Part shown: positions 47,391 through 57,414 of the stretch, one piece after another
Layout of the letters: every line of letters begins with the position of its first letter
Position numbering within the stretch: position 1 is the stretch's first letter
DNA from: Nitrospirota bacterium
Lineage (GTDB): Bacteria; Nitrospirota; UBA9217
Length of the DNA stretch: 64,000 nt
NCBI GenBank assembly: GCA_021814615.1
Contig: JAKAHZ010000004.1
Location: 6,246 to 70,245 of the forward strand
Reading direction: 5' to 3'
Made by a program: the position numbers and the translations under genes
The notes under the pieces: generated by a model
Database searches by the model: none
What the model was told of the DNA's origin: nothing
What the model saw: only the letters and a program-made list of their open reading frames with translations

Positions 47391-47608
47391 CCCGGATCGC
47401 GGGAGAATCGACCTTACTCGTTTTAAGGAGCTAGAAAAATAGCATGACAGGGGGAGAAATGCAAGGAAAATTTCGGGATTATGGGAGCAGGAGCTGTCTT
47501 CTTCCGCAGGAGTTTCAGAAATTTGAATGTCGCTGCTGAGCCTCAGCCGCCATTCGATCCTGAGTCGCGCTATCCCCTAAAAATACCCTGTATTCTGCGA
47601 GTAATTAC

Positions 47609-47637
47609 TTGACCGTAGCTGCATTTTTCAGCATAAT
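47609..47637 (+). promoter_or_regulatory. Sigma70 promoter, lipoprotein cassette 1
   Basis: TTGACC-N17-CATAAT; the same motif precedes all three paralogs. Confidence 0.7.
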
Positions 47638-47684
47638 AGCGCTACTTTTTTGAGCGTTGATGATCTTTTTATCCGGAGGGTTCG

Positions 47685-50600
47685 ATGCACAGGCATTTCT
47701 ATCGGAAAAACCATGTCCCGTATTTCATGGCATTGTTCGTTCTTCTTTTCTCGCTCTTTGCTTGCGGCGGAGGGGGAGGGGGCGGCGGCAGCGCGAACGA
47801 TGGCTTGAACACCGGCGGCACCACGACCAATCCCGGCGACACGATCGCCACGGGTCAGGCCAAGATCACCGGCACGGTCCAGCCGGATCCCAACAGCCCC
47901 ACGTCGGCAGCAGGCCAGAACTCAGGCGCCACGGTATATGTCGTCGGCCAGCAGGACAAGGCTGCGACGACCGATGCCAACGGCAACTTCACGCTCACCG
48001 TGGACGCCACGCTCACGGGCACGGTCCTGTCCAGCCCCAAGGGCTTCTTCGCTTCGCTCTTCAAGGCAGCGGGGGACGTGAAGCAGTACGGCCTCGTTGT
48101 TATCAGCTCCCAGAACAGCCACGGAAGAAAGACGGAAGTGCAGGTCACCGAGGGGCAGGCGAACAGCCTCGATACGATCTATATCAACACGGTCGGCTCG
48201 ATCACGGGCAAGGCATACCTCCAGGGCCAGACGGACCACACGGGTATCCGGGTCTACATCCCCGGCACCTCTTTCCAGGCCACGACGGATGCGAACGGGA
48301 ACTACAACATGACCGGTGTGCCCTCCGGCACCTATGACATCGTGCGGGCGGACTACCCCGGCACGGTCTATCACTATGCCGCGGTGGCGAAGGTCACGGT
48401 AGCATCGAATCAGGCGACCGCGCTTCCCGACATGCTGCTGCAACTGTCCACCGGACCGAATGGCAGCATCCTGATCAACAAGGGGGATGCCTACACCACG
48501 TCCAAGACCGTCACTGTGTCCATCGCGCCGAGCGCCAACGCCGTGCTGATGATGGTTTCGGAAGATATCAATTTCCAGGGAATTAGCTGGGAGCCGGTAT
48601 CCGCTGCGAAACAATACACCTTTGCAGGTTCATACGACGGCGGGAGCACCGCAAGGATTTATGCGCGGTTCTCGGATAGCAGCGCCCTGGAGAGCACGCC
48701 GGTCTCTGATGACATCTTCATCGATACGAATCCGCTTGCCACGATCACATCCCCGGTGAATTCAGGCGTCATCTCCGATACCAAACCGGCCTTCAACTGG
48801 AAATATGCACCGGCCGTCCAGATGCCGAACGCCCGGTATCACATCCAACTGACCACGGTGGCTGATACGGGTTTTTCCTCACCGCTGGCAGACGCGACGA
48901 CAGCTGCTAATGTTACGCAATATGCCTATGCCGGAGCGGCGCTGAATAATCTGAGCGGCTATATCTGGCGCGTGGCGATGGTTGACGAGGCAGGGAAACA
49001 ATGGAGCTGGGCAGGACCATGGTCTTTTTCGATCGATCTGAGCACGGTCACGCTGTTGAAACCGGATTTTGGCTCATATGTCAATAAGGCTGCGAACGAC
49101 ACAGGCATCACCTTCATGTGGCAGGCGAATGCGAATGCCTCCACCTATGAGCTTGCGTTGTGTCGAAACGATGCAAGTCTGTCCTGCGGAACGGCATATA
49201 CGGTAACTGCGCCCGGCATCAGCAAGCAGATATTGCCGATCAGTACAGGTGATGGTTTATATAATTGGGCTGTAACGCCGATCGACGCAAACGGAGTCAG
49301 GGGTAAGCGATCCGATGTGTGGCAATTCGATCTTGACAAGACCGTTCCGGGAATCGTTCTTGTCAGTCCATCGGGTGGCGCGCAGAACGTATCAAAACTG
49401 TCCCCGATCACCGTGCAGTTTGACGACGCTTTAGACGGCTCTACGATCATCAGCCCCGCGACGAATTTCACGCTGAACAGCGGAGCCGTTCCGGGAACCG
49501 TAAGCTATTCAGTATCCGCAAATACCGCGACATTCACCCCGGCAAGCACGCTGGGCTTCGGAGTGACCTATGCGGCCACCGTTACGACAGCGATAAAGGA
49601 CCCGGCAGGAAACGCTCTCTTCTCCGGACAGACATGGACCTTTTCCACGAAGAACGTTCCTGAACAGTGGACGTTTGCTGCCGATGGCGGATCGTCAAGT
49701 TTGAACTACAGTACTGCCAACGAAGCGGATACGCCGCAAATGGCTGTTCTCGGCAATGGTTTGTTCGCCTTCTGGTCGGAAGCAGGAAATATTCGCGGCT
49801 CGGTTTATAGCGGAAGTACCTGGTCGTTCATCGATGGTGGCGGAGCGACAAGTACCATATCAAGCGCCGGCGGATATCCCCGGCCTGCCGTGTACGGCAA
49901 TGAGTTGTACTTGTTGTGGATATCCGGTGGAACCGTCAACATGAAGAAATACGATGCAAACGGTTCCTGGACTTCTGTTTCAGGCGGTGCAATGGGATTC
50001 AATTATGATTATATGAAAACGTCCAGTGGAAATGCCATTGCAGCTGCCAACAAACTCTATGCGATATGGAGCGAAAATAACAATTCGAGTATTTTGCAGA
50101 TTCGGGCGAAAGTGTATACTGCGGGAACGTTCTCGTTCATTGACGGCGGAGGCGCGAATGGGATTAATTATGATCCTACTCGTATTACCAGCGGTTCGCC
50201 TGCGGCTGTCGCGATGAATGACAAGCTGTATATTGCATGGACGGAAAGGAATGTCTCAGGAATCGATCAGATCAGGATAAAGGTGTACAACGACAGTACT
50301 GCGACGTGGTCGTTCATTGATGGCGGCGGCGCGAACGGAGTGAATGCTGACGGGACGAAAAACGCAGCGTATCCTTCGCTGGCTTTCATGGGCAATACGC
50401 TTTATGCTTCATGGGCCGAGCAGGGTGCGTCTGTAAATCAGATTCGGGTCGCTGCATATTCGAGCGGGACCTGGTCGTTTATCGATAACGGTGGCATAAA
50501 CAAGAGTCCGACGAATCAAGCGTGCAATCCTAAGCTTGCTGTCTTGAGCGGAGTGCTCTATGCAACCTGGGCGGAAGGAATGTGCATATATGATCCGAAT

Positions 50601-50810
50601 GGAGATGAAATTCGAGTTGCGGCATTCGGCAATGGGTCATGGGCATTCGTGGATGGCGGAGCAGTAACGGGGCTGAATCTTGATTCTACGAAAATGGCCT
50701 ATGCGCCTCAGATTACGATCTATAACAATAAACCCTATATAACGTGGGCTGAAACGAATGCCAGCACGGGCACATCGCATAATCAAGCATTGGTAAAGGT
50801 CGGGCAGTGA
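47685..50810 (+). CDS. Large surface lipoprotein, paralog 1 (conserved N-region, Ig-like stalk, WSFIDGG-repeat beta-propeller)
   Basis: Lipobox LFAC + poly-Gly; ~60-aa repeats WSFIDGG...LYAxWxE...IR; Big_5-like domain. Confidence 0.85.
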   Translation: MHRHFYRKNHVPYFMALFVLLFSLFACGGGGGGGGSANDGLNTGGTTTNPGDTIATGQAKITGTVQPDPNSPTSAAGQNSGATVYVVGQQDKAATTDANGNFTLTVDATLTGTVLSSPKGFFASLFKAAGDVKQYGLVVISSQNSHGRKTEVQVTEGQANSLDTIYINTVGSITGKAYLQGQTDHTGIRVYIPGTSFQATTDANGNYNMTGVPSGTYDIVRADYPGTVYHYAAVAKVTVASNQATALPDMLLQLSTGPNGSILINKGDAYTTSKTVTVSIAPSANAVLMMVSEDINFQGISWEPVSAAKQYTFAGSYDGGSTARIYARFSDSSALESTPVSDDIFIDTNPLATITSPVNSGVISDTKPAFNWKYAPAVQMPNARYHIQLTTVADTGFSSPLADATTAANVTQYAYAGAALNNLSGYIWRVAMVDEAGKQWSWAGPWSFSIDLSTVTLLKPDFGSYVNKAANDTGITFMWQANANASTYELALCRNDASLSCGTAYTVTAPGISKQILPISTGDGLYNWAVTPIDANGVRGKRSDVWQFDLDKTVPGIVLVSPSGGAQNVSKLSPITVQFDDALDGSTIISPATNFTLNSGAVPGTVSYSVSANTATFTPASTLGFGVTYAATVTTAIKDPAGNALFSGQTWTFSTKNVPEQWTFAADGGSSSLNYSTANEADTPQMAVLGNGLFAFWSEAGNIRGSVYSGSTWSFIDGGGATSTISSAGGYPRPAVYGNELYLLWISGGTVNMKKYDANGSWTSVSGGAMGFNYDYMKTSSGNAIAAANKLYAIWSENNNSSILQIRAKVYTAGTFSFIDGGGANGINYDPTRITSGSPAAVAMNDKLYIAWTERNVSGIDQIRIKVYNDSTATWSFIDGGGANGVNADGTKNAAYPSLAFMGNTLYASWAEQGASVNQIRVAAYSSGTWSFIDNGGINKSPTNQACNPKLAVLSGVLYATWAEGMCIYDPNGDEIRVAAFGNGSWAFVDGGAVTGLNLDSTKMAYAPQITIYNNKPYITWAETNASTGTSHNQALVKVGQ

Positions 50811-50846
50811 TCACGTGCTGTGTATCAGGAAGACAGGAATACATTC

Positions 50847-50875
50847 GAGGGGCCTTCGGGCCCCTTTTTTTATTT
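50847..50875 (+). terminator. Intrinsic terminator with a UUCG loop
   Basis: aggggcc-ttcg-ggcccct-tttttt; identical 24-mer at 57304. Confidence 0.85.
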
Positions 50876-50951
50876 GGTTCATTTTTGGGAATGGTCTCAA
50901 ACCACAGATTGATATCGCCGAAAAATACCCCGGCATTCTGTGAATTATCCC

Positions 50952-50980
50952 TTGACCGGAAATGCAGGATAATGAATAAT
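50952..50980 (+). promoter_or_regulatory. Sigma70 promoter, lipoprotein cassette 2
   Basis: TTGACC-N17-AATAAT. Confidence 0.7.
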
Positions 50981-51051
50981 ACGGCCCACTGTAGAGCTAT
51001 TCCAGTTCGTCGTTGCCGATCAGTCGGCGAAGCACTAGGAGGAACCGTATT

Positions 51052-54000
51052 ATGGATCGTCGGAAACACGTATCACTCTGGACGTTGACTGCCCTTATCA
51101 TCGCACTATCCCTTATTCTCACCGCATGCGGAGGCGGAGGGGGCGGCGGCGGAAGCACTGACGGCACGACGTCGGGCTCGACCAACACAACCACGTCGAC
51201 GGGTCCCACGGGAACGAATCCCGATGTCATTCCCGCGGGCCAGGCCAAGATCACCGGCACCATCCAGCCCGATCCGGCGGACACCTCGGCCAACGGCCAG
51301 CAGGCCGGCGCATCGGTCTATGTCATCGGTCAGCAGAACAATGCTGCGACCGCTGACGCGAACGGCAATTTCACCCTCACCGTCGACGCTACGCTCACCG
51401 GCACGATCCTGCAGGCCCCGTCGTTCTGGGCCAAGATCTTCGGCGCAACGGCGACGGCCAAGCAGTTCGGCCTCGTGGTGCTGAGCTCGGCAAAAGGCCA
51501 CGGCAAGAAGACCGAGGTACAGGTGACCGAAGGCCAGGTTAATACGCTCAACACGATCTACATCAACACGGTGGGCCAGATCTCGGGCAAGGCATTCCTC
51601 CAGGGCCAGGCGGACCACACAGGCATCCGCGTCTACATCCCCGGCACCTCCTTCCAGGCAACGACCGACGCTGCGGGCAACTATGTGATGAGCAACGTAC
51701 CGTCGGGCAGCTACGACCTGGTTCGCGCGGACTATCCGGGGACTGTGTATCACTATGCCGTGGTCGCGAAAGTTACGGTCAGCACGAACGCAACAACGAC
51801 GCTGCCCGATATGCTCCTGCAGACCAATGTGGGTGCAAGCGGCAGCGTGTTGATCAATAATGGAGCCGCATACACGACTTCAGCCGCAGTGAAGCTCTCC
51901 ATTGCGCCAACGGATAGTGCAGTGCTGATGGCGGTGTCCGAAGACGCATCTTTTACCGGCACGCTGACCTGGGAGCCCGTGACGCCGACGAAGAACTATA
52001 CCTTCTCCGGTTCTTATTCCCCGGGGAAAACTGCGAACATCTATGTGAAATTCGCCGACATGAGCGGTCTTCCTACCGCGGGGTCTGCTTCCGCTTCCAT
52101 CTATATTGACACCGATCCGAAGGCGACGGTTACTGCGCCGGTGAATGCGGGCACCATCGCAAACACGAAGCCCCAGCTTTCCTGGTCCTATACACCGCCC
52201 ATGCCGAGCCCCAAATACCACGTGCAGGTGGCTACCGATGCTGCTTTTGCGTCGATTGTGGCCGGCCAGGATCAGACAAACTTGACCCAGGCGCAGTACA
52301 CGCTCTCATCGGCGATTCAGCAGGGGACCTATTACTGGCGGGTAGCAATCATCGATAGCGCCGGTACGCAATGGAACTGGGCGGGACCCTGGTCCTTCAC
52401 GATCAACCTGAGCTCGGTTACCCAGAACGCTCCTGCGAACGGCAGCTTCACCATGGTTACGACGCCCACGCTGACCTGGAGCGCCAACCCGAATGCAGCC
52501 TCCTACATCGTGAGCCTGGCGACAAACTCGGCGCTTACCGGCAGCACGACGTTTACGACCGCGCAGACCAGTTACACGCTTCCCGCGCAGGCAGACGGAA
52601 CGTATTATTGGGCAGTCACGCCGGTAGATATCTTCAGCATCCAGGGAACCCGTTCCACGGTATGGAGCCTGGTGATCGACACGACGGCGCCGGCGGGCAG
52701 CGTCGTGATCAATGAGAAACCGCTGGTCAGCAGCACGAGCTCGACCATGGGTGCGACGGTCACGCTCCAGCTCTCGGCAACCGACACCTACGGCGTTGCG
52801 GCGTACTTTACCCGGGGGTATATCGGCACACCGCCGCTTGCGGATGATCCGGGTTGGGTCTCTATCACGAACGCTCCCACGAACTATTCCGCACCGAATG
52901 TTTCGTTCACACTTTCTGCGGGGAGTGGTGTGAAATACGCTTATGTGTGGTTCAAAGACCAGGCAGGCAACGTCTCGGCTTCGCCGGTTTCGGACACAAC
53001 CAAGCAGATTGCCTTTTCTGCAATGACCGCGTACTCGAACGCCGCCAGGGATGTCGGCAAGTATCCAACCATGAAGATCGACAGCGGTGGCCGGCCCTAT
53101 CTTGGCTATTACGATTTGGATACCGCGACAGGGTTCGGCAGGCTTTCGTATACGCTTGTCACGAGCATAAGCAACTTCCCTAATATGAGCTGGAATACTC
53201 CGAATGTCGTCGACAGCCAGGCGAATACAGACATCGGGAGATGGTCGTCGATGGTTGTGGTCCCGAACTATGCGTTCTTCAGCTACCATGACGTTACGAA
53301 CACCAAACTGAAATTCGCCAGTTGCGTCTTGTCGTGCACGACCTACACGGTTGACTCCGGTTCATTCAGGAACCTCGGAAGATACTCTTCCCTGGCAATT
53401 CAGTCCGGAGCGACCTATACCGCACATATCAGCTATCTCGACTATAATGGCGGTGGACCGAATACCAATTTGAAATATGCCGCCGGCTTGAATAGTTCCT
53501 GGACTGTTACAACCCTTGATAGCACCACCAATGCTACGACTGCCAGTGTGAATGATCCTACGTCGATAGCCCTCGACGTAAACAATAAGGCGCATATCAG
53601 TTACACCGGCGGGGGGATCTGGGCGCTGAAATACGCCACAAACTCGTCCGGTACGTGGACGGTAAATCAGCTGGACTCGAAGGGATATAAATCGGCAATC
53701 GCGGTCGAGGCAACAACACCTCCCAAGGTTCATATCAGCTATTCGGGGACGGGAGGTATCAAATATGCCACCAATGCATCCGGTTCCTGGGTCACGACCG
53801 TCGTTGACGGAACAACTACAGCCGGCGCCGAGAAGACGGGTATTTTCATCGATGACCTCGGCTATGTACACATTGTGTATGTCTCGTCATTCAACGGGGA
53901 TCTGATGTATGCCACGAATAGATACGGTTCATGGACCCCTGTCCTGATCAATCCATCGTCGGCAACGTCAACTTTCGAGTCGCCGTCAATTGTGATCGAT

Positions 54001-54105
54001 ATGTCGACAGATATAATGTATGGGTTCAAACACAACTATGTACATATTGGTTACTATGATAGCTTTAACAAGAAAGCGATGCATTCCTACACGCAGTTGC
54101 CGTAG
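51052..54105 (+). CDS. Large surface lipoprotein, paralog 2 (LKYATN-repeat beta-propeller)
   Basis: Lipobox LTAC + poly-Gly; N-region aligns with paralogs 1 and 3; repeats HISY...LKYATNxSGxW. Confidence 0.85.
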   Translation: MDRRKHVSLWTLTALIIALSLILTACGGGGGGGGSTDGTTSGSTNTTTSTGPTGTNPDVIPAGQAKITGTIQPDPADTSANGQQAGASVYVIGQQNNAATADANGNFTLTVDATLTGTILQAPSFWAKIFGATATAKQFGLVVLSSAKGHGKKTEVQVTEGQVNTLNTIYINTVGQISGKAFLQGQADHTGIRVYIPGTSFQATTDAAGNYVMSNVPSGSYDLVRADYPGTVYHYAVVAKVTVSTNATTTLPDMLLQTNVGASGSVLINNGAAYTTSAAVKLSIAPTDSAVLMAVSEDASFTGTLTWEPVTPTKNYTFSGSYSPGKTANIYVKFADMSGLPTAGSASASIYIDTDPKATVTAPVNAGTIANTKPQLSWSYTPPMPSPKYHVQVATDAAFASIVAGQDQTNLTQAQYTLSSAIQQGTYYWRVAIIDSAGTQWNWAGPWSFTINLSSVTQNAPANGSFTMVTTPTLTWSANPNAASYIVSLATNSALTGSTTFTTAQTSYTLPAQADGTYYWAVTPVDIFSIQGTRSTVWSLVIDTTAPAGSVVINEKPLVSSTSSTMGATVTLQLSATDTYGVAAYFTRGYIGTPPLADDPGWVSITNAPTNYSAPNVSFTLSAGSGVKYAYVWFKDQAGNVSASPVSDTTKQIAFSAMTAYSNAARDVGKYPTMKIDSGGRPYLGYYDLDTATGFGRLSYTLVTSISNFPNMSWNTPNVVDSQANTDIGRWSSMVVVPNYAFFSYHDVTNTKLKFASCVLSCTTYTVDSGSFRNLGRYSSLAIQSGATYTAHISYLDYNGGGPNTNLKYAAGLNSSWTVTTLDSTTNATTASVNDPTSIALDVNNKAHISYTGGGIWALKYATNSSGTWTVNQLDSKGYKSAIAVEATTPPKVHISYSGTGGIKYATNASGSWVTTVVDGTTTAGAEKTGIFIDDLGYVHIVYVSSFNGDLMYATNRYGSWTPVLINPSSATSTFESPSIVIDMSTDIMYGFKHNYVHIGYYDSFNKKAMHSYTQLP

Positions 54106-54174
54106 CCAAAGTAGCGTCAAGAGAAATATTTATTAACCCGACGTCGTCGGATATGGCATCGCAATAGCTGAATG

Positions 54175-54212
54175 AAAAGCCCGGGAGAATATCTCCCGGG
54201 CTTTTCTTGTTT
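54175..54212 (+). terminator. Intrinsic terminator
   Basis: aaaagcccgggaga-ata-tctcccgggctttt-cttgttt. Confidence 0.8.
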
Positions 54213-54239
54213 CAGGTCCTTTTCACCGGGAATTATCAC

Positions 54240-54268
54240 TTGACCTTCCGGGCGACTTGTTCAATAAT
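54240..54268 (+). promoter_or_regulatory. Sigma70 promoter, lipoprotein cassette 3
   Basis: TTGACC-N17-AATAAT. Confidence 0.7.
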
Positions 54269-54307
54269 AGCAGCCATCTCTAATGTACCCTGTCTTGGGG
54301 AGGGACC

Positions 54308-57280
54308 ATGAACCGGATGAAAATACCCTCGACACTGTTAACGCTGCTTCTTGTGCTGATCGTCGGCTCTGTTCTTTCCGCCTGCGGCGGCGGGGGAGGA
54401 GGAGGCGCGACGGGTTCGGGCGGAGACGGCACGAACAGCTCCGGCACGGGAACCGGCGGCAACGGGGGGCAGTCGCTGACCACTGGCCAGGCGCAGATCA
54501 CCGGCACGGTCCAGCCTGATCCGGCCGATGCAACCGCGAACGGACAGAATGCGAATGCCACCGTGTACGTGGTCGGCCAGCAGGACAAGGCGGTCACGAC
54601 CGACGCAAACGGCAATTTCACGTTGACCATGGATACGACCCTGTCCGGCACGATCCTCAAAGCCAAGTCGTTCTGGGCGTCGATCTTCGGCGCTTCCGCA
54701 GCGACCAAACAGTACGGTCTCGTGGTCATCAGCAATGCCCTGGGGCATGGTCACAAGACCGAGGTCGATGTGGTCGACGGACAGGTCAACACGCTGTCCA
54801 CGATCTATATCAATACCGTAGGCTCCATCAGCGGAAAAGCCTTCCTGCAGGGAGCGACCGATCATACGGGGATCACCGTCTACATCCCCGGGACGTCCTT
54901 TATCGCTATGACGGCGGCCGACGGTTCCTACAGGATCACGAATGTCCCGTCGGGAACCTACGATTTCGTCCGTGCGGAGAAGCTGGGCAGCACCTACCAT
55001 TATGCGATCACCTCGAAGGTGACGGTTACGACGAACGCCAATACGGTCCTGCCCGATATGCTGCTGCACCTTTCGGCCGGACCCAACGGCGCCGTCCTGA
55101 TAAACGGCGGAGCCGCATATACGACATCCACAAGCGTGCAGCTGTCGATCGCTTCCAGCGACAACGCGGTCCTGATGATGACCTCCCAGGACAACACCTT
55201 CGCTGGAGTCACCTGGGAGCCGGTCGCCGCGTCGAAGCCCATGAACTGCATCGGCAATTTCGACGGCGGCGGCACGTGCACGGTCTACGCGCGGTTCGCC
55301 GAAGCGAGCGGTCTGGAAAGCACCCCTGTCTCGGCTTCCATCGTGATCGACACCAAGCCTCTCGTGACCTCGACGACCGGTACGGTCATCGGCAGCTCCA
55401 AGCCGACGTTGACCTGGACCTATGGACTTGCCATGCCCAATCCCCAGTATCACATCCAGATTGCGTCAGATGCGGCATTTGCGAACATCGTGGATGATCA
55501 GACGACCACGGCGAATACGGCGCAGTATACCTATGCCAAGACCACGCCGCTCGCAAACCTCACGCCCTATTACTGGCGGGTGTCGATGATCGACGCATCG
55601 GGCCATGAATGGGGCTGGGCCGGACCGTGGCAGTTCACGGTCGATCTCGGGACCGTGTCACTCTTGTCACCGGCCGACGGTACGGGCAGCGTGAGCTGGA
55701 TCAACGATACTACGCCCACATTCACCTGGCAGGCGAATGCGAAGGCCGCGTCGTACAGCTTCCTGTTGAAAGACAAAAACAGCAATATAGTGGCTAACGT
55801 CTCCGGCATAACGGCGACCTCCTATACCCAGCCCACGCCCCTTGCAAATGGAAGCGGCTACTCATGGAACGTAACGCCCGTGGATGCCTACGGCGTCCCC
55901 GGGACCCCGTCGAGCACCTGGGTCATGAATATTTCCACGTACGTCCCGGGCGGATCGCCGACGGTCACGATCAACAGCGGGAATCCTATCACATCATCGA
56001 CCAACGTGACGGTGACCGTGGCAGGAACCGTGATGGACATGCCGGGGCCCAAGATCGACGGATGGTACATCTCGGAAACGAACGTTGCCCCCGACCCGGC
56101 TGCATCGGGCTGGATCGCCATCGCGACGCCCAAATCGACCTGGAGCGGCGGAACGTCGCAGTACACCATGAGCGCTTCCGGCGGGCTTAAGACTCTCTAT
56201 GTGTGGTACAAGGACAATGCGGGCAATGTGGGTGGACCAAGAACAGGAACCATTCAGATGCTGAACTTCGTGATCAGCACGGTCGACGGCGGGGCCGGCT
56301 CGAACGTCGGATCGAATGTCAGGATGTCGTCGGCGAACGGCACCGTGCAGATGAGCTACTATGATTCAACCAACCAGCGGATGAAATACGCCAAGCTCGT
56401 CTCGGGAACGACCTGGTCGATCGTCTCGTCTGCCCCAACGACGACCATCAAATGCGAATCACTGGCCGTGGAAAGCGGAGGAAAAGTGCATCTGAGCTGC
56501 ACGAGGAGTACCGGCATCGGCGGCGAGCTATGGTACCTGGCCACGAATGCCTCGGGCGTCTGGCAGGCGCCGGTGCTTGTGGACAACAGCTCCATGAACA
56601 TGGGATACGGATCGATCGTAGTGGACGGCTCCGGCTTCGCTCATATCAGCTATGCGGACATTATCAACGGAGCGTTGAAATACGCGACGAACAAGAGCGG
56701 CAGCTGGCAGACCCAGGCCATCGAAGGATCGACCTCGAACCGCGTGGGCGTGGATTCATCGATCGTCACCGACAATTCCAATACGGTGCATATCGGTTAC
56801 TACGATACGACGAACATGCGGCTGAAGTATGCCAAGGGTGTCTATAGCTCCTGGACCTATACGGCGATCGTGTCCGCGAAAACCACGACCGACGTGGGCC
56901 AGAAGCCGTCGCTGGCGATCGACAAGACAACAGGGACGCTGCACCTCACCTATGACAATACGACGAGCGGCTCGGTGCAGTACATAGCCGACCCGTCGTC
57001 AGTCTGGGGTTCGCCGGTGACCCTGGGGACTCCGGGAACGACCAGCGCGGTGTTCTTCGATCCCGTCACATCAGCGATCCATGTGACCTTCTATAATGCG
57101 ACGAACCAGGACCTCTATTATGCGACCAATGCGTATGGAGGGAAATGGGGCGTCGCCCCGGTTGACACGGCCGGATTCGTCGGCGGAGACAATGCCCTGA
57201 CCGTCACGAGCGACGGGACCGTGCATATCGGATACTGGGACAATACGACCGGTTCGCTCAAGTATGCGCACGTGCCCTGA
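54308..57280 (+). CDS. Large surface lipoprotein, paralog 3 (LKYATN-repeat beta-propeller)
   Basis: Lipobox LSAC + poly-Gly; same N-region; repeats HIxYYD...LKYA. Confidence 0.85.
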   Translation: MNRMKIPSTLLTLLLVLIVGSVLSACGGGGGGGATGSGGDGTNSSGTGTGGNGGQSLTTGQAQITGTVQPDPADATANGQNANATVYVVGQQDKAVTTDANGNFTLTMDTTLSGTILKAKSFWASIFGASAATKQYGLVVISNALGHGHKTEVDVVDGQVNTLSTIYINTVGSISGKAFLQGATDHTGITVYIPGTSFIAMTAADGSYRITNVPSGTYDFVRAEKLGSTYHYAITSKVTVTTNANTVLPDMLLHLSAGPNGAVLINGGAAYTTSTSVQLSIASSDNAVLMMTSQDNTFAGVTWEPVAASKPMNCIGNFDGGGTCTVYARFAEASGLESTPVSASIVIDTKPLVTSTTGTVIGSSKPTLTWTYGLAMPNPQYHIQIASDAAFANIVDDQTTTANTAQYTYAKTTPLANLTPYYWRVSMIDASGHEWGWAGPWQFTVDLGTVSLLSPADGTGSVSWINDTTPTFTWQANAKAASYSFLLKDKNSNIVANVSGITATSYTQPTPLANGSGYSWNVTPVDAYGVPGTPSSTWVMNISTYVPGGSPTVTINSGNPITSSTNVTVTVAGTVMDMPGPKIDGWYISETNVAPDPAASGWIAIATPKSTWSGGTSQYTMSASGGLKTLYVWYKDNAGNVGGPRTGTIQMLNFVISTVDGGAGSNVGSNVRMSSANGTVQMSYYDSTNQRMKYAKLVSGTTWSIVSSAPTTTIKCESLAVESGGKVHLSCTRSTGIGGELWYLATNASGVWQAPVLVDNSSMNMGYGSIVVDGSGFAHISYADIINGALKYATNKSGSWQTQAIEGSTSNRVGVDSSIVTDNSNTVHIGYYDTTNMRLKYAKGVYSSWTYTAIVSAKTTTDVGQKPSLAIDKTTGTLHLTYDNTTSGSVQYIADPSSVWGSPVTLGTPGTTSAVFFDPVTSAIHVTFYNATNQDLYYATNAYGGKWGVAPVDTAGFVGGDNALTVTSDGTVHIGYWDNTTGSLKYAHVP

Positions 57281-57303
57281 TCGGTGGGTCAATTCGTCTC
57301 CCT

Positions 57304-57330
57304 GAGGGGCCTTCGGGCCCCTTTTTTATT
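57304..57330 (+). terminator. Intrinsic terminator identical to that of cassette 1
   Basis: gaggggccttcgggcccctttttt. Confidence 0.85.
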
Positions 57331-57359
57331 CTGGCGAGGAGCGCTAGCAGAACAACAGG

Positions 57360-57391
57360 TATTGCGCGAGTCCCACGAGGAAGACGAGCAG
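57360..57391. repeat. 32-bp direct repeat, copy 1 (duplicated 3' end of the DUF401 gene)
   Basis: tattgcgcgagtcccacgaggaagacgagcag; 31/32 identical to 58128-58159. Confidence 0.9.
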
Positions 57392-57414
57392 AAAAGGGCG
57401 CGAGGGCGGAATGT

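Noticed and set aside
47685..57280. Diversity-generating retroelement or invertase shufflon behind the lipoprotein variation
   Set aside because: No reverse transcriptase, template/variable repeat pair, invertase or inverted cassettes were seen; all copies are full-length and co-oriented.
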